In this document: in pieces, positions 10,784 through 19,847 of the stretch
Layout: every line of letters begins with the position of its first letter
How positions within the stretch are numbered: position 1 is the first letter of the stretch
Source of the DNA: Thermoplasmatota archaeon
Lineage (GTDB): Archaea > Thermoplasmatota > E2 > DHVEG-1
Assembly (NCBI GenBank): GCA_046498165.1
Contig: JAWOBC010000004.1
Span: 1-34,305, forward strand
DNA length: 34,305 bases
Direction of reading: 5' to 3'
Translations under genes and position numbers: made by a program
The notes under the pieces: generated by a model
What the model saw: only the letters and a program-made list of their open reading frames with translations
What the model was told of the DNA's origin: nothing
Database searches by the model: none

Positions 10784-12424
10784 ATGGGAGAATTTAATTA
10801 TCAAAAAGAACGAGAACAATGGAAATGGAACATCCCAGATTACTACAACATTGGTTATGATTGTGTTGATAAACATGCTGAGGGGGAAAACAAACAAAAA
10901 CCTGCTCTGCTCTGGGAAAACGAACAAGGAGAAACAGCAAAGTATAGTTTTGTTGAAATGAAAACACTTACGGATAAATTTGGCAATATCCTCAAAGATC
11001 TTGGTCTTCAAAAAGAAGATCGATTCCTTATTCGACTCCCGGATATTCCTGCGTTTCAAACCTCCTTTCTAGGAGGTGTCAAAATTGGAACTGTCCCCAT
11101 TCCATCTAGTGTCATGTTTCGAGCAAAAGAAGTTGCCTACCGCATAAAGGATAGCGAAGCAAAAGCAGTGATTACTACAGAAGATTATGTTAAAGAAGTC
11201 CATGAGATCAAAGATAGTTGTCCAACATTAGATCATATCATCGTAGTTGGTGACATCACAAAAGATGAAATCAGCTACAACAACGAAATGAAACAAGCCT
11301 CACCCACGCTTGATCTGGAAAAAACAAAAAAAACAGATACCGCATTTTTCTGTTACACCTCAGGAACAACGGGTGATCCAAAGGGAGCAGTTCACTTGCA
11401 TCAATGGGTTCCCGGAAATGATCCCAGTGTGCTTTACTGGCAGAATACAATCAAAGATGACATCATTGGTCACACTGGGAACCTTAGCTGGATATTTCCT
11501 CTAGGAAATGGATTTCTCTATCCTTGGCGATGGGGGATTACCACCATGGTCTATGATGGAAAATTCACTCCCAATCGCTGGTATGAGCTCATTCAAAAAT
11601 ACAAAATCACCAATCTTGCCAGTGTTCCCACCTGCTACCGTATGTTTCTCACCATTGAAAACGCAGAAAAGACTTATGATCTTTCAAGCCTCCGGCATTG
11701 TATCTCAGCAGGGGAACCATTAAATCCAGAGGTGATGAAAAACTGGAAAAAACGATTTGGCATGCAGATCTATGATGGCATTGGCATGACCGAGGTCATG
11801 GTATATCTCTCAAACTTGAAAGATATGCCTATCAAAGCCGGGTCATGTGGTAAACCACAACCGGGTAAGATCTGTGACATTATCGATGAAAATGGTAATA
11901 TTCTACCAGCTGAAAAACCTGGGATGCTGGCGGTGAAGCGAACTGATCCTGGATTGTTCAGGGAGTACTGGAACAAACCAGAAAAAACACAGAAAAGCTT
12001 CAAAGGGGACTGGTTTTTTACTGGTGATGTCCTCTACAAGGATGAGGATGGATATTTCTGGTTCAGCGGACGAGATGATGATCTTATTATGGCCAGTGGC
12101 TACCGTATTTCACCATTTGAAGTTGAATCAGCAATCATCTCACATCCAGATGTCCTAGAAGCAGCAGTAGTGGCAAGTCCGGATGAAATGAGGGGAGTAA
12201 TCGTTAAATCATTTATCATTCTCCATGATTCTACTAAAGCTACTGATGAATTAAAAAAAGATATTCAAGAACACACCAAAAGAGTAGCTGCACCATATAA
12301 ATATCCAAGAGAAATTGAATTTGTAGAAGAACTTCCAAAAACACAAAGTGGAAAAATAAAACGAAAAAACCTGCGAGAAATGGAAAAACAAAGGAAAAAA
12401 ACAGAGCAGGGGGTAAAAATATGA
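10784..12424 (+). CDS. AMP-forming acyl-CoA synthetase, paralogue of 1290-2933
   Basis: Motifs CYTSGTTGDPKGAVH, SGYRISPFEVESA and PKTQSGKIKRKNLR. ATG 10784 (MGEFNYQ...) is preferred over the TTG at 10772. The stop overlaps the etfB start as ATGA (12421-12424). Confidence 0.85.
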   Translation: MGEFNYQKEREQWKWNIPDYYNIGYDCVDKHAEGENKQKPALLWENEQGETAKYSFVEMKTLTDKFGNILKDLGLQKEDRFLIRLPDIPAFQTSFLGGVKIGTVPIPSSVMFRAKEVAYRIKDSEAKAVITTEDYVKEVHEIKDSCPTLDHIIVVGDITKDEISYNNEMKQASPTLDLEKTKKTDTAFFCYTSGTTGDPKGAVHLHQWVPGNDPSVLYWQNTIKDDIIGHTGNLSWIFPLGNGFLYPWRWGITTMVYDGKFTPNRWYELIQKYKITNLASVPTCYRMFLTIENAEKTYDLSSLRHCISAGEPLNPEVMKNWKKRFGMQIYDGIGMTEVMVYLSNLKDMPIKAGSCGKPQPGKICDIIDENGNILPAEKPGMLAVKRTDPGLFREYWNKPEKTQKSFKGDWFFTGDVLYKDEDGYFWFSGRDDDLIMASGYRISPFEVESAIISHPDVLEAAVVASPDEMRGVIVKSFIILHDSTKATDELKKDIQEHTKRVAAPYKYPREIEFVEELPKTQSGKIKRKNLREMEKQRKKTEQGVKI

Positions 12425-13185
12425 ATATCATTGTCTGTGCAAAACAAGTCGTTGACATCTCAGAAATGAAAATGGATGCAAACACTAACAAACCCATTCT
12501 CTCTGGACTTGATAAAAAAGTCAATGAGATCGATAAAAACGCAGTAGAAGAAGCAATAAACATCAAAGAAGCCATCGGTGGAGGAAAAATAACCGTCATC
12601 ACTGTTGGTGAAGCAGATGCCAAAGAACGCATGAAAGAAATGCTTGCGATGGGTGCCGATGAAGGAATCATCATTAACCCACCAGAAAACCATGATTACG
12701 CGGTATTAACCACGATTTTATCAAAAGCAATTGAAAAAATCGATGACTATGACCTTGTTCTCTGCGGGGAAGCATCCACAGATATGTTCAGTGGTCAAGT
12801 CGGCCCACGTTTGGCGGGTATGCTAAATATCCCACAGATTACCTATGCTCAAAAAATACATGCAGATAAAGAAAAAATCACTGCAGAACGAAATCTTGGT
12901 GATACCACGATTACTATGGAATCGTCATATCCAGTTCTTATCACGGTTACCAAAGAGATCAATGAACCACGCCTGCCTAGTCTCATGCAAATCCTTGCTG
13001 CTGCAAATAAACCCATAAATGAATGGACAACCGATGATTTAAATATCAAGATTGAACCAAAGGTAAATAGCATCGACCTTCAAGGTGTTTCCATGGAAAG
13101 AAAAAACATTGTCTATGAAGATGACAGTGATGAATCCATTCAAAAACTGGTTGATAATCTTGCTAAAGAAGGAGTGTTGAGGTGA
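12421..13185 (+). CDS. etfB: Electron transfer flavoprotein beta subunit
   Basis: MNIIVCAKQVVD N-terminus and CGEASTDMFSGQVGPRLAG nucleotide-binding loop. 254 aa. Confidence 0.9.
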   Translation: MNIIVCAKQVVDISEMKMDANTNKPILSGLDKKVNEIDKNAVEEAINIKEAIGGGKITVITVGEADAKERMKEMLAMGADEGIIINPPENHDYAVLTTILSKAIEKIDDYDLVLCGEASTDMFSGQVGPRLAGMLNIPQITYAQKIHADKEKITAERNLGDTTITMESSYPVLITVTKEINEPRLPSLMQILAAANKPINEWTTDDLNIKIEPKVNSIDLQGVSMERKNIVYEDDSDESIQKLVDNLAKEGVLR

Positions 13186-14135
13186 TACCTATGACAATCG
13201 TTTATGCTGATAAAAAAACCATGGTCTTTGAATTACTCAAAAAAGCAGCTGAACTTTCAAAAGAAACCATCGCCGTTATCATTGGAGAAGAAAAAAAGGA
13301 TCTAGCGGTAGAATATATCTCCTATGGTGCAGACAAGGTCATCATGGTCGAAACTGATGTTGTCCAATATAAAGCGGAAGAATACGCTGAAATATTAAAA
13401 CAACTCATTGAAGAAAACAAAACCGAAACCGTCCTCATTGGATCAGATAAAAACGGAAAGGAACTTGCCTCACGACTTGCAGGCATCCTTGATACAGGCT
13501 GTGTGATTGATGCCACCAATGTGTCTCTGAAAGATGATAAGATCACCACGGAACGAGTCGTTTACAGTGGAAATGCTGTTGCTGTTGAACAATTCAACAC
13601 TACCCCAGCAATTATTACTGTTCCCTCCAAAGTATTTGATCCAATAAAACCAGATACCTCACGGAAGGGAGAAATCATAACCAAAAAGATATCCCCAGAA
13701 ACCGCAGCAACAACCATTACCAATATCTCAGAAAGCAAATCCGATGGAGTAAGCGTTGAAGATGCAGAGATCATTGTATCCTGTGGACGAGGATTCAAAA
13801 ACAAAGACGATCTCAAATATGCAACAGATTTAGCAGATGTCCTTAAAGGAAAAACCGTTGGCTGCAGCAGACCCATTGCTGCAGATCTGAAATGGCTACC
13901 TGAGGAACACTGGATCGGTCTTTCGGGTCATAAAGTAAAACCACAGCTTTACATAGCAGCAGGAATCTCAGGACAAATACAGCATATTGCGGGAATGAGA
14001 GATTCAGGCGTTGTCGTCGCAGTCAACAAAGATCCTGAAGCATTGATCTTTAACTCCGCGGATTATGGTATCGTTGGAGATTTATACAATGTTCTCCCAA
14101 AACTTACTACGGCGATAAAGGAGAAGATGGAATAA
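13182..14135 (+). CDS. etfA: Electron transfer flavoprotein alpha subunit (no N-terminal ferredoxin domain)
   Basis: FAD motif YIAAGISGQIQHIAGM plus VSCGRG and GCSRPI blocks. GTG 13182 overlaps the etfB stop. ATG 13191 is an alternative start. Confidence 0.9.
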   Translation: MIPMTIVYADKKTMVFELLKKAAELSKETIAVIIGEEKKDLAVEYISYGADKVIMVETDVVQYKAEEYAEILKQLIEENKTETVLIGSDKNGKELASRLAGILDTGCVIDATNVSLKDDKITTERVVYSGNAVAVEQFNTTPAIITVPSKVFDPIKPDTSRKGEIITKKISPETAATTITNISESKSDGVSVEDAEIIVSCGRGFKNKDDLKYATDLADVLKGKTVGCSRPIAADLKWLPEEHWIGLSGHKVKPQLYIAAGISGQIQHIAGMRDSGVVVAVNKDPEALIFNSADYGIVGDLYNVLPKLTTAIKEKME

Positions 14136-14140
14136 TACTT

Positions 14141-14158
14141 CTTATTCTTTCTTTTTTT
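14141..14158 (+). terminator. Oligo-T tract after etfA (archaeal-type terminator candidate)
   Basis: cttattctttcttttttt begins 6 nt after the etfA stop and includes a T7 run at 14152-14158. Confidence 0.3.
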
Positions 14159-14203
14159 ATTATTTAATCTTTTAATATACATATTGGATGAAGGTAGAAA
14201 ACT

Positions 14204-14731
14204 ATGGACCGAGAAAAAGATCGAGCATTAATTGAAGACATTCCCAAGGAAAAACTTGCTGATTTCGTGTTCATGCATCTACGAAACATGTGGGCTGTTG
14301 ACGGCTTTTACTACATGTTTATCGAAGAAACATATGGAACCGAGGTAGCAACGGAAATCGACCGAAGAGTCTGGGAGGTCATGGGAAAAATAGAAGCCCG
14401 GAAAATAAAGAAATTATTCGACATTACTGGTGATAGCCTATCTGATATGATCAACGCTCTCCGTTATTCAGGATGGACCATTGATCTTGAAGACAAAGAA
14501 ATCGAAGAAAAAAACGGAGTAGGTATCATTCGAAATGTAAAATGCCGGGTGCAAAACACACGAATCAATAAAGGGCTGGGAGAATTTGGCTGCAAACCCG
14601 TTCGAAAAGGATTTTTAACCTCTTTTGCAAAAGAATTCAATCCTGATATCAACCTCACCTGCAATGTTTGTCCTCCTGATGATCACCCTGATGATTTATG
14701 GTGCGAATGGGTGTTTTCCCTTAAAGAGTAA
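14204..14731 (+). CDS. Uncharacterised 175-aa cytoplasmic protein with a C-terminal Cys cluster (possibly ATC-hydrolase-like / DUF family)
   Basis: Clean ORF with its own upstream AT-rich region. The N-terminal half looks helical (MHLRNMWAVDGFYYMFIEETYG). The C-terminal half carries five Cys: KCRV, FGCKP, CNVC, WCEWVF. The family assignment is a recollection of overall pattern only. Confidence 0.6.
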   Translation: MDREKDRALIEDIPKEKLADFVFMHLRNMWAVDGFYYMFIEETYGTEVATEIDRRVWEVMGKIEARKIKKLFDITGDSLSDMINALRYSGWTIDLEDKEIEEKNGVGIIRNVKCRVQNTRINKGLGEFGCKPVRKGFLTSFAKEFNPDINLTCNVCPPDDHPDDLWCEWVFSLKE

Positions 14732-15022
14732 TTCAGGACAGTCTTATCACATTATTTTAATAACCAGCGTTGTGAATGGATCAACATAGATCATATGCAT
14801 GATAAGAAAATCACATATGACATTATTTTTGCCGATGGATAATGCTTATTTTTTATCAATTGCCGAAAAAAAGTTGGGAGATTTTATAAAGTAGTTCCTG
14901 ATTAGACCAAAGGGCAACAATCTTATAAATAAACTTGATTTCTCAACAATGAACACAAGCAATTATTCAACTTGGCCACAAAGCCATTCATATAATCATA
15001 AAAAATCAAGGAGGTTATCCAT

Positions 15023-15550
15023 TTGAGTATTGTTGATTTAACTTCTATGGGCGAATCACAAACAGAACTAAAGGAAGAAATAAATACTAGATTAAAAAAA
15101 CTACAAGATGAAGCATCAGCTTACTGCTTCCAATGTGCAAAATGCACCTCAGGTTGCGAAGCACACAAACTCCTAGAACTAGAACCCCATAATATCGTAG
15201 CCCTTCTCAAACGAGGCTTAATCGATGAAATGGTGAACTCAGATATCATCTGGACCTGTATGAGCTGTTTTAAATGCAGAGAACGCTGCCCACAAAAAGT
15301 GGCACCTGTTGATATTTTATTTGCATTAAAAAACATGGTCGTAGCACGAGGAAATCAAATACCTGGCAATTATTCAACTATGCTACAATTTGTTCTATCC
15401 ATGGGTCTCTTACAAGATGAAAAAGAAATGAGCACCATTGATAACAAAACCGTAAAACGGGATGATCTCGGACTGCCAGCACTCAGCAAACCACAGGATG
15501 CAAGCACATTTCAACAATTTTTATCAAAATTAGCAATGGAGAAAATATAA
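15023..15550 (+). CDS. hdrC: Heterodisulfide reductase subunit C-like (2x[4Fe-4S] ferredoxin-like)
   Basis: Two CxxCxxCxxxC motifs: CFQCAKCTSGCEA and CMSCFKCRERCPQ. TTG start lies 8 nt after AGGAGG (15009-15014). ATG 15047 is an alternative start. Confidence 0.8.
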   Translation: MSIVDLTSMGESQTELKEEINTRLKKLQDEASAYCFQCAKCTSGCEAHKLLELEPHNIVALLKRGLIDEMVNSDIIWTCMSCFKCRERCPQKVAPVDILFALKNMVVARGNQIPGNYSTMLQFVLSMGLLQDEKEMSTIDNKTVKRDDLGLPALSKPQDASTFQQFLSKLAMEKI

Positions 15551-15566
15551 AAAAAGGTGCAATCCT

Positions 15567-16445
15567 ATGAAAAAATATGTTTTTTACCCAGGTTGTGTGA
15601 TGCAAACAGAACAATACGCCTATGAACTCTCCATCCGGGAAGTTTTTCCACATCTAGATATTGAACTGGTCGACGTTAAAGGTTTCTCCTGTTGCGGTAC
15701 ACCACTGAAAAGCGTTAATCAAATGCTGACTCTTGCTCTTTCAGCTCGAAATATTGCGCTGGCTGAACAACAAGGTCATGACATCTTTGCACCCTGCTCT
15801 ATCTGCCATCACGGTCTGAGTGAATGCAAACATGTCCTTGACTCTGATGAAGACATGAAGAAACGGATTAACACCTATTTATCAGATGAAGATCTTAGCT
15901 ACCAAGGAACAGCAGAAATCGTTCACACCGTTGATCTCCTCCATGATGTTGTAACCCCAGAAGTCATCAAAAAAAAGGTGAAACAACCACTAGATGAAAT
16001 GAAACTAGCAACACATTACGGCTGTCATCTCATCCGACCTAAAGAAATCGGTCGACCCGTTGATTCAGAAAACCCTCAAAAAATGGAAATCATCCTCAAA
16101 GCCATTGGAGCAGAACCAAAAGAGTACCCAGAAAAACTTGATTGCTGCGGTGGTCTGCTTAATGCAAACCTACCAGAATCAGCATTAACTAAAACCGGTC
16201 AGAAACTACAACAAGTAAAAGCACAAGGGTTCGATGCCTTTGTAGATGTCTGCCCCTGGTGTCATCGACAATTCGATCAAAAACAAAAACAAGCAGGAAA
16301 AACAGTTGCAGAAACCCTTGATGTTCCTGTTTTTTATTTAACACAACTCCTCGGAGCTGCTCTAGGAATCGATAAAGAAAAACTTGGTTTCACCCTGAAT
16401 CAAAGTCCTATTCAAAGCATTACTATTGGGGGGAGCTCACCATGA
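15567..16445 (+). CDS. hdrB: Heterodisulfide reductase subunit B-like, two complete CCG domains
   Basis: Domain 1: PGC...GFSCCGTPL...CSICHH. Domain 2: YGCHL...LDCCGGLL...CPWCHRQF. 292 aa with an AGGTG SD. Confidence 0.9.
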   Translation: MKKYVFYPGCVMQTEQYAYELSIREVFPHLDIELVDVKGFSCCGTPLKSVNQMLTLALSARNIALAEQQGHDIFAPCSICHHGLSECKHVLDSDEDMKKRINTYLSDEDLSYQGTAEIVHTVDLLHDVVTPEVIKKKVKQPLDEMKLATHYGCHLIRPKEIGRPVDSENPQKMEIILKAIGAEPKEYPEKLDCCGGLLNANLPESALTKTGQKLQQVKAQGFDAFVDVCPWCHRQFDQKQKQAGKTVAETLDVPVFYLTQLLGAALGIDKEKLGFTLNQSPIQSITIGGSSP

Positions 16446-18424
16446 ACAAAAAAATCGGTGTCTTTATCTGTCACTGCGGAGAAAACATTGCATCCAAAGT
16501 AGATGTGAAAAAACTCTCAGAATATGCAGAAACATTAGATGATGTAGTGGTCAGTAAAACCTATAAATACATCTGCTCAGAAGCAGGAGCAACCCTGATT
16601 AAAGATACCATCAAAAAATACAAGCTTGATGCAGTGGTCACTGCATCCTGTTCACCTCGGATGCATGAAACAACGTTTCGTGGCATCATCAAAGATGGAG
16701 GTCTTAATCCATTTAATCTAGAAATCGCAAACATCCGGGAGCAATGCTCCTGGATCCATGATGATCCAAAAATCGCAACAGAAAAAGCCAAAAAAATATT
16801 AAAAGGAGCCGTTGCCAAAGCACGATTACTAGAATCACTTGAACCACCAAAAGTAAAAGTCATCCCAAAAGCAATGGTCATCGGAGGAGGAATCGCTGGC
16901 ATTCAGTCAGCACTGGATCTTGCTGAAGATGGACACCAAGTCTATCTCGTGGAAAAAACGCCTAGTATCGGCGGACGCATGGCTCAACTTGATAAAACCT
17001 TTCCCACGCTTGACTGCTCTGGATGTATCCTCACCCCAAAAATGAAAGAAGTTTTTTCCCATCCAAACATTGAACTCATCACTTATGCAGAAGTCAGCAA
17101 TGTCGATGGAACCATAGGCAATTACAAGGTGACCGTGAACAAAAAAGCTCGCTATGTCCAACTGGATAAATGCAAGGGCTGTGGTGACTGTGCAGAAGCA
17201 TGCAGACTCCATGATCGTATCATCAGTGAATTTGATATGGGTATGGGGAAACGCAGTGCAATTTACATTCCCTATGCACAAGCTGTTCCACCGAAATATA
17301 CCATTGACAAGGATACTTGTTTAATGCTTACCAAAGGCAAATGTGGTAGTGGTCCACTCTGCGTGGAAGCCTGTCCAGAGAAATGTATTGATTTCAATCA
17401 ACAAGATACCATTGTTGACATAAATGTTGGTGTTATTGTTGTTGCAACAGGTTATGATGTGTTAGATCCCTCAGCATTACATGAATACAGTTACCGTACC
17501 TCAGAAGATGTCATCACTAGCATGGAAATGGAACGACTCATTAACTCTGCTGGTCCCACCGATGGAAAAATTGTTTGTCCATCAAATGCAGAAAAACCAA
17601 AAAGTGTGACCTATGTACTCTGTGTTGGAAGTAGAGATGAAACCGCATGTTCCTGGTGCTGCCGCATTGGCTGTATGAGCGCCCTCAAACAAATATATCT
17701 TCTCAACGAAAAACTTGGAGATGACGTAGAACTTAACATCTGCTACACCGATATTCGAAGTTTTGGTAAAGGTTATGAAGAATTCTACCGGAAAATCCGA
17801 GGGATGAATGTGAATCTTTTTCGGGGACGGCCCTCAGAGGTACGAAACAGCGAAAAAGGTCTTATTATTGATATTTTTGATACCATAACAAACAAACTCT
17901 TTGAAATCACCTCTGATCTTGTGGTTCTTGTACCTGCGCTTGTTCCACGTGAAGATACGGAGACATTTTCTAGAATCCTACGGATTTCACAGAGTGCTGA
18001 TGGATTTTTGTTAGAAGCACATCCAAAACTACGTCCTATGGATACCTTTACCAGCGGAATCTTTATCGCTGGATCCTGTCAAGGACCAAAAGACATTCAG
18101 GATTCCGTTGCTCATGCCAGTGGCGCTGCAAGCAGAGCAGCAAACATTCTCTCCAAAAAAGAATATGAAACCGAGCCTTACATTTCAGTGGTCGATGAAG
18201 ACCTTTGTTCAGGTTGTGCAACCTGTATCTCCATCTGTCCCTATGATGCCATTGAACTTGAAAAACAAAAAGATGATACCACAATTGCAAAAGTCAATGA
18301 AACACTCTGCATGGGTTGTGGTGCTTGTGTTGTTGCCTGTCCATCAGGAGCCATGCAACAACGAGGATTCAATGATAAACAACTCCTGGCGATGATACAT
18401 GCTTATGCAAAGGAGGAGGATTGA
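16442..18424 (+). CDS. hdrA: Heterodisulfide reductase subunit A-like (FAD, multiple Fe-S; flavin-based bifurcation subunit)
   Basis: N-terminal Cys motif FICHCGENIA, FAD fold VIGGGIAGIQSALDLAEDG, and C-terminal ferredoxin motifs CSGCATCISICPYDAI and CMGCGACVVACPSGAM. 660 aa. ATGA overlap with hdrB. Confidence 0.9.
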   Translation: MNKKIGVFICHCGENIASKVDVKKLSEYAETLDDVVVSKTYKYICSEAGATLIKDTIKKYKLDAVVTASCSPRMHETTFRGIIKDGGLNPFNLEIANIREQCSWIHDDPKIATEKAKKILKGAVAKARLLESLEPPKVKVIPKAMVIGGGIAGIQSALDLAEDGHQVYLVEKTPSIGGRMAQLDKTFPTLDCSGCILTPKMKEVFSHPNIELITYAEVSNVDGTIGNYKVTVNKKARYVQLDKCKGCGDCAEACRLHDRIISEFDMGMGKRSAIYIPYAQAVPPKYTIDKDTCLMLTKGKCGSGPLCVEACPEKCIDFNQQDTIVDINVGVIVVATGYDVLDPSALHEYSYRTSEDVITSMEMERLINSAGPTDGKIVCPSNAEKPKSVTYVLCVGSRDETACSWCCRIGCMSALKQIYLLNEKLGDDVELNICYTDIRSFGKGYEEFYRKIRGMNVNLFRGRPSEVRNSEKGLIIDIFDTITNKLFEITSDLVVLVPALVPREDTETFSRILRISQSADGFLLEAHPKLRPMDTFTSGIFIAGSCQGPKDIQDSVAHASGAASRAANILSKKEYETEPYISVVDEDLCSGCATCISICPYDAIELEKQKDDTTIAKVNETLCMGCGACVVACPSGAMQQRGFNDKQLLAMIHAYAKEED

Positions 18425-18429
18425 AGCGT

Positions 18430-18858
18430 ATGGCAAAAGAAAAAGAATTCGAACCAAATATTATTGCATTTCTTTGTAATTGGTGTTCATATGCTGGATC
18501 AGATCTAGCAGGAACAAGTCGGATTAAATATCCACCAAATGTGCGGTCCATCCGGGTGATGTGCTCTGGACGAGTAGATACATCCTTTATTCTTAGTGCA
18601 CTCAAGGAAGGTGCAGATGGAGTATTAATCGCCGGCTGTCATCCAGGGGATTGTCATTATCAAACAGGAAATTATAAAACAAAAAGAAGAACCCTTCTCC
18701 TGAAAAAACTCATGGATCAACTCGGTATCGATGAAAAACGCGTCCGATTTGAATATGTATCAGCTTCAGAAGGACAAAAATTTGCTGATGTCGTCACTGA
18801 ATTCGTCGATGAACTCAAAAAACTAGGTCCATGCACCTTGAAAAAAGAGGTGAAATAA
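18430..18858 (+). CDS. mvhD: MvhD/FlpD-type hydrogenase delta subunit ([2Fe-2S] Hdr-Mvh connector)
   Basis: Motifs IAFLCNWCSYAG, RVMCSGRV and IAGCHPGDCHY. ATG 18430 lies 10 nt after GGAGGAGGA and is preferred over TTG 18421, which is only 1 nt from the SD. Confidence 0.85.
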   Translation: MAKEKEFEPNIIAFLCNWCSYAGSDLAGTSRIKYPPNVRSIRVMCSGRVDTSFILSALKEGADGVLIAGCHPGDCHYQTGNYKTKRRTLLLKKLMDQLGIDEKRVRFEYVSASEGQKFADVVTEFVDELKKLGPCTLKKEVK

Positions 18859-19847
18859 TGAGTGCGAAAAAAACAAAGAAACCACGATTTGCGTTTTACT
18901 GGGCTGCAAGCTGTGGTGGCTGTGAAATCGCCGTGCTTGACATCGATGAAAAAATCCTAGATGTTGCAGAAAACGCTGAAATCCTTTTCTGGCCTGTTGC
19001 CATGGATTTCAAATACCATGATGTTGAACAAATGAAGGATAATTATATTGATGTCTGCTTTTTCAATGGAGCGATACGAACCACGGAACAGGAGGAACTA
19101 GCAAAACTTCTTCGAAAAAAATCAAAGGTTCTTGTTGCTTTTGGAGCCTGTGCCACTCATGGTGGCATCCCGGGTCTAGCAAATGTTGCTGATAAAAAAG
19201 AAGTCTTTGAAACCGCGTATTTAGATAATCCTTCAACTGAAAACAAAGAAAAAATTGTTCCCAAAACAAAAACAAAGGTCAAAGAAGGCATCCTGACCCT
19301 CCCAGAGTTTTATGATACCGTGAAAAGCCTGGATCAAACCGTTGATGTAGACTACTACCTCCCCGGCTGTCCACCACCAACAAAACTCATCCTCAACGCA
19401 GTCACTGCTATCCTTGAAGGAAAACTTCCAAAGAAAGGATCAGTGCTTGCACCAATGAAATCAGTCTGTGATGAATGCCCTCGAGAACGATCAGAAAAAA
19501 TGCTCAACGACATTAAACGTGTCTATGAAACAACAGATATTGATCCTGAGAAATGCCTGCTTGAACAAGGAATCATCTGCCTGGGTCCTGCAACCCGTGG
19601 AGGCTGTGATGCACGTTGTCTTGATGCAAACATGCCCTGCACTGGCTGTGGTGGACCAACACCACAATCTCTGGATCAAGGAGCGAAAATGATATCTGCA
19701 TTAGCATCAATCATTGGCGTAGATCATGAAGAAGATATGACTGAAGATGAACTCAATGATTTGATAGAAAAAATTAGAGATCCCATTGGAATCTTTTACA
19801 AATATGGATTGCCCAAAGCAATTATCAACCGGAAGGTGAAAAAATGA
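18858..19847 (+). CDS. mvhG: [NiFe]-hydrogenase small subunit, MvhG-like (group 3c)
   Basis: FYWAASCGGCEIAVLD proximal-cluster motif and further Cys clusters (CDECP, CTGCGGP). ATG 18858 overlaps the mvhD stop (TAATG) and follows GAGGTGA. ORF-track 18831 is an extension. Confidence 0.85.
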   Translation: MSAKKTKKPRFAFYWAASCGGCEIAVLDIDEKILDVAENAEILFWPVAMDFKYHDVEQMKDNYIDVCFFNGAIRTTEQEELAKLLRKKSKVLVAFGACATHGGIPGLANVADKKEVFETAYLDNPSTENKEKIVPKTKTKVKEGILTLPEFYDTVKSLDQTVDVDYYLPGCPPPTKLILNAVTAILEGKLPKKGSVLAPMKSVCDECPRERSEKMLNDIKRVYETTDIDPEKCLLEQGIICLGPATRGGCDARCLDANMPCTGCGGPTPQSLDQGAKMISALASIIGVDHEEDMTEDELNDLIEKIRDPIGIFYKYGLPKAIINRKVKK

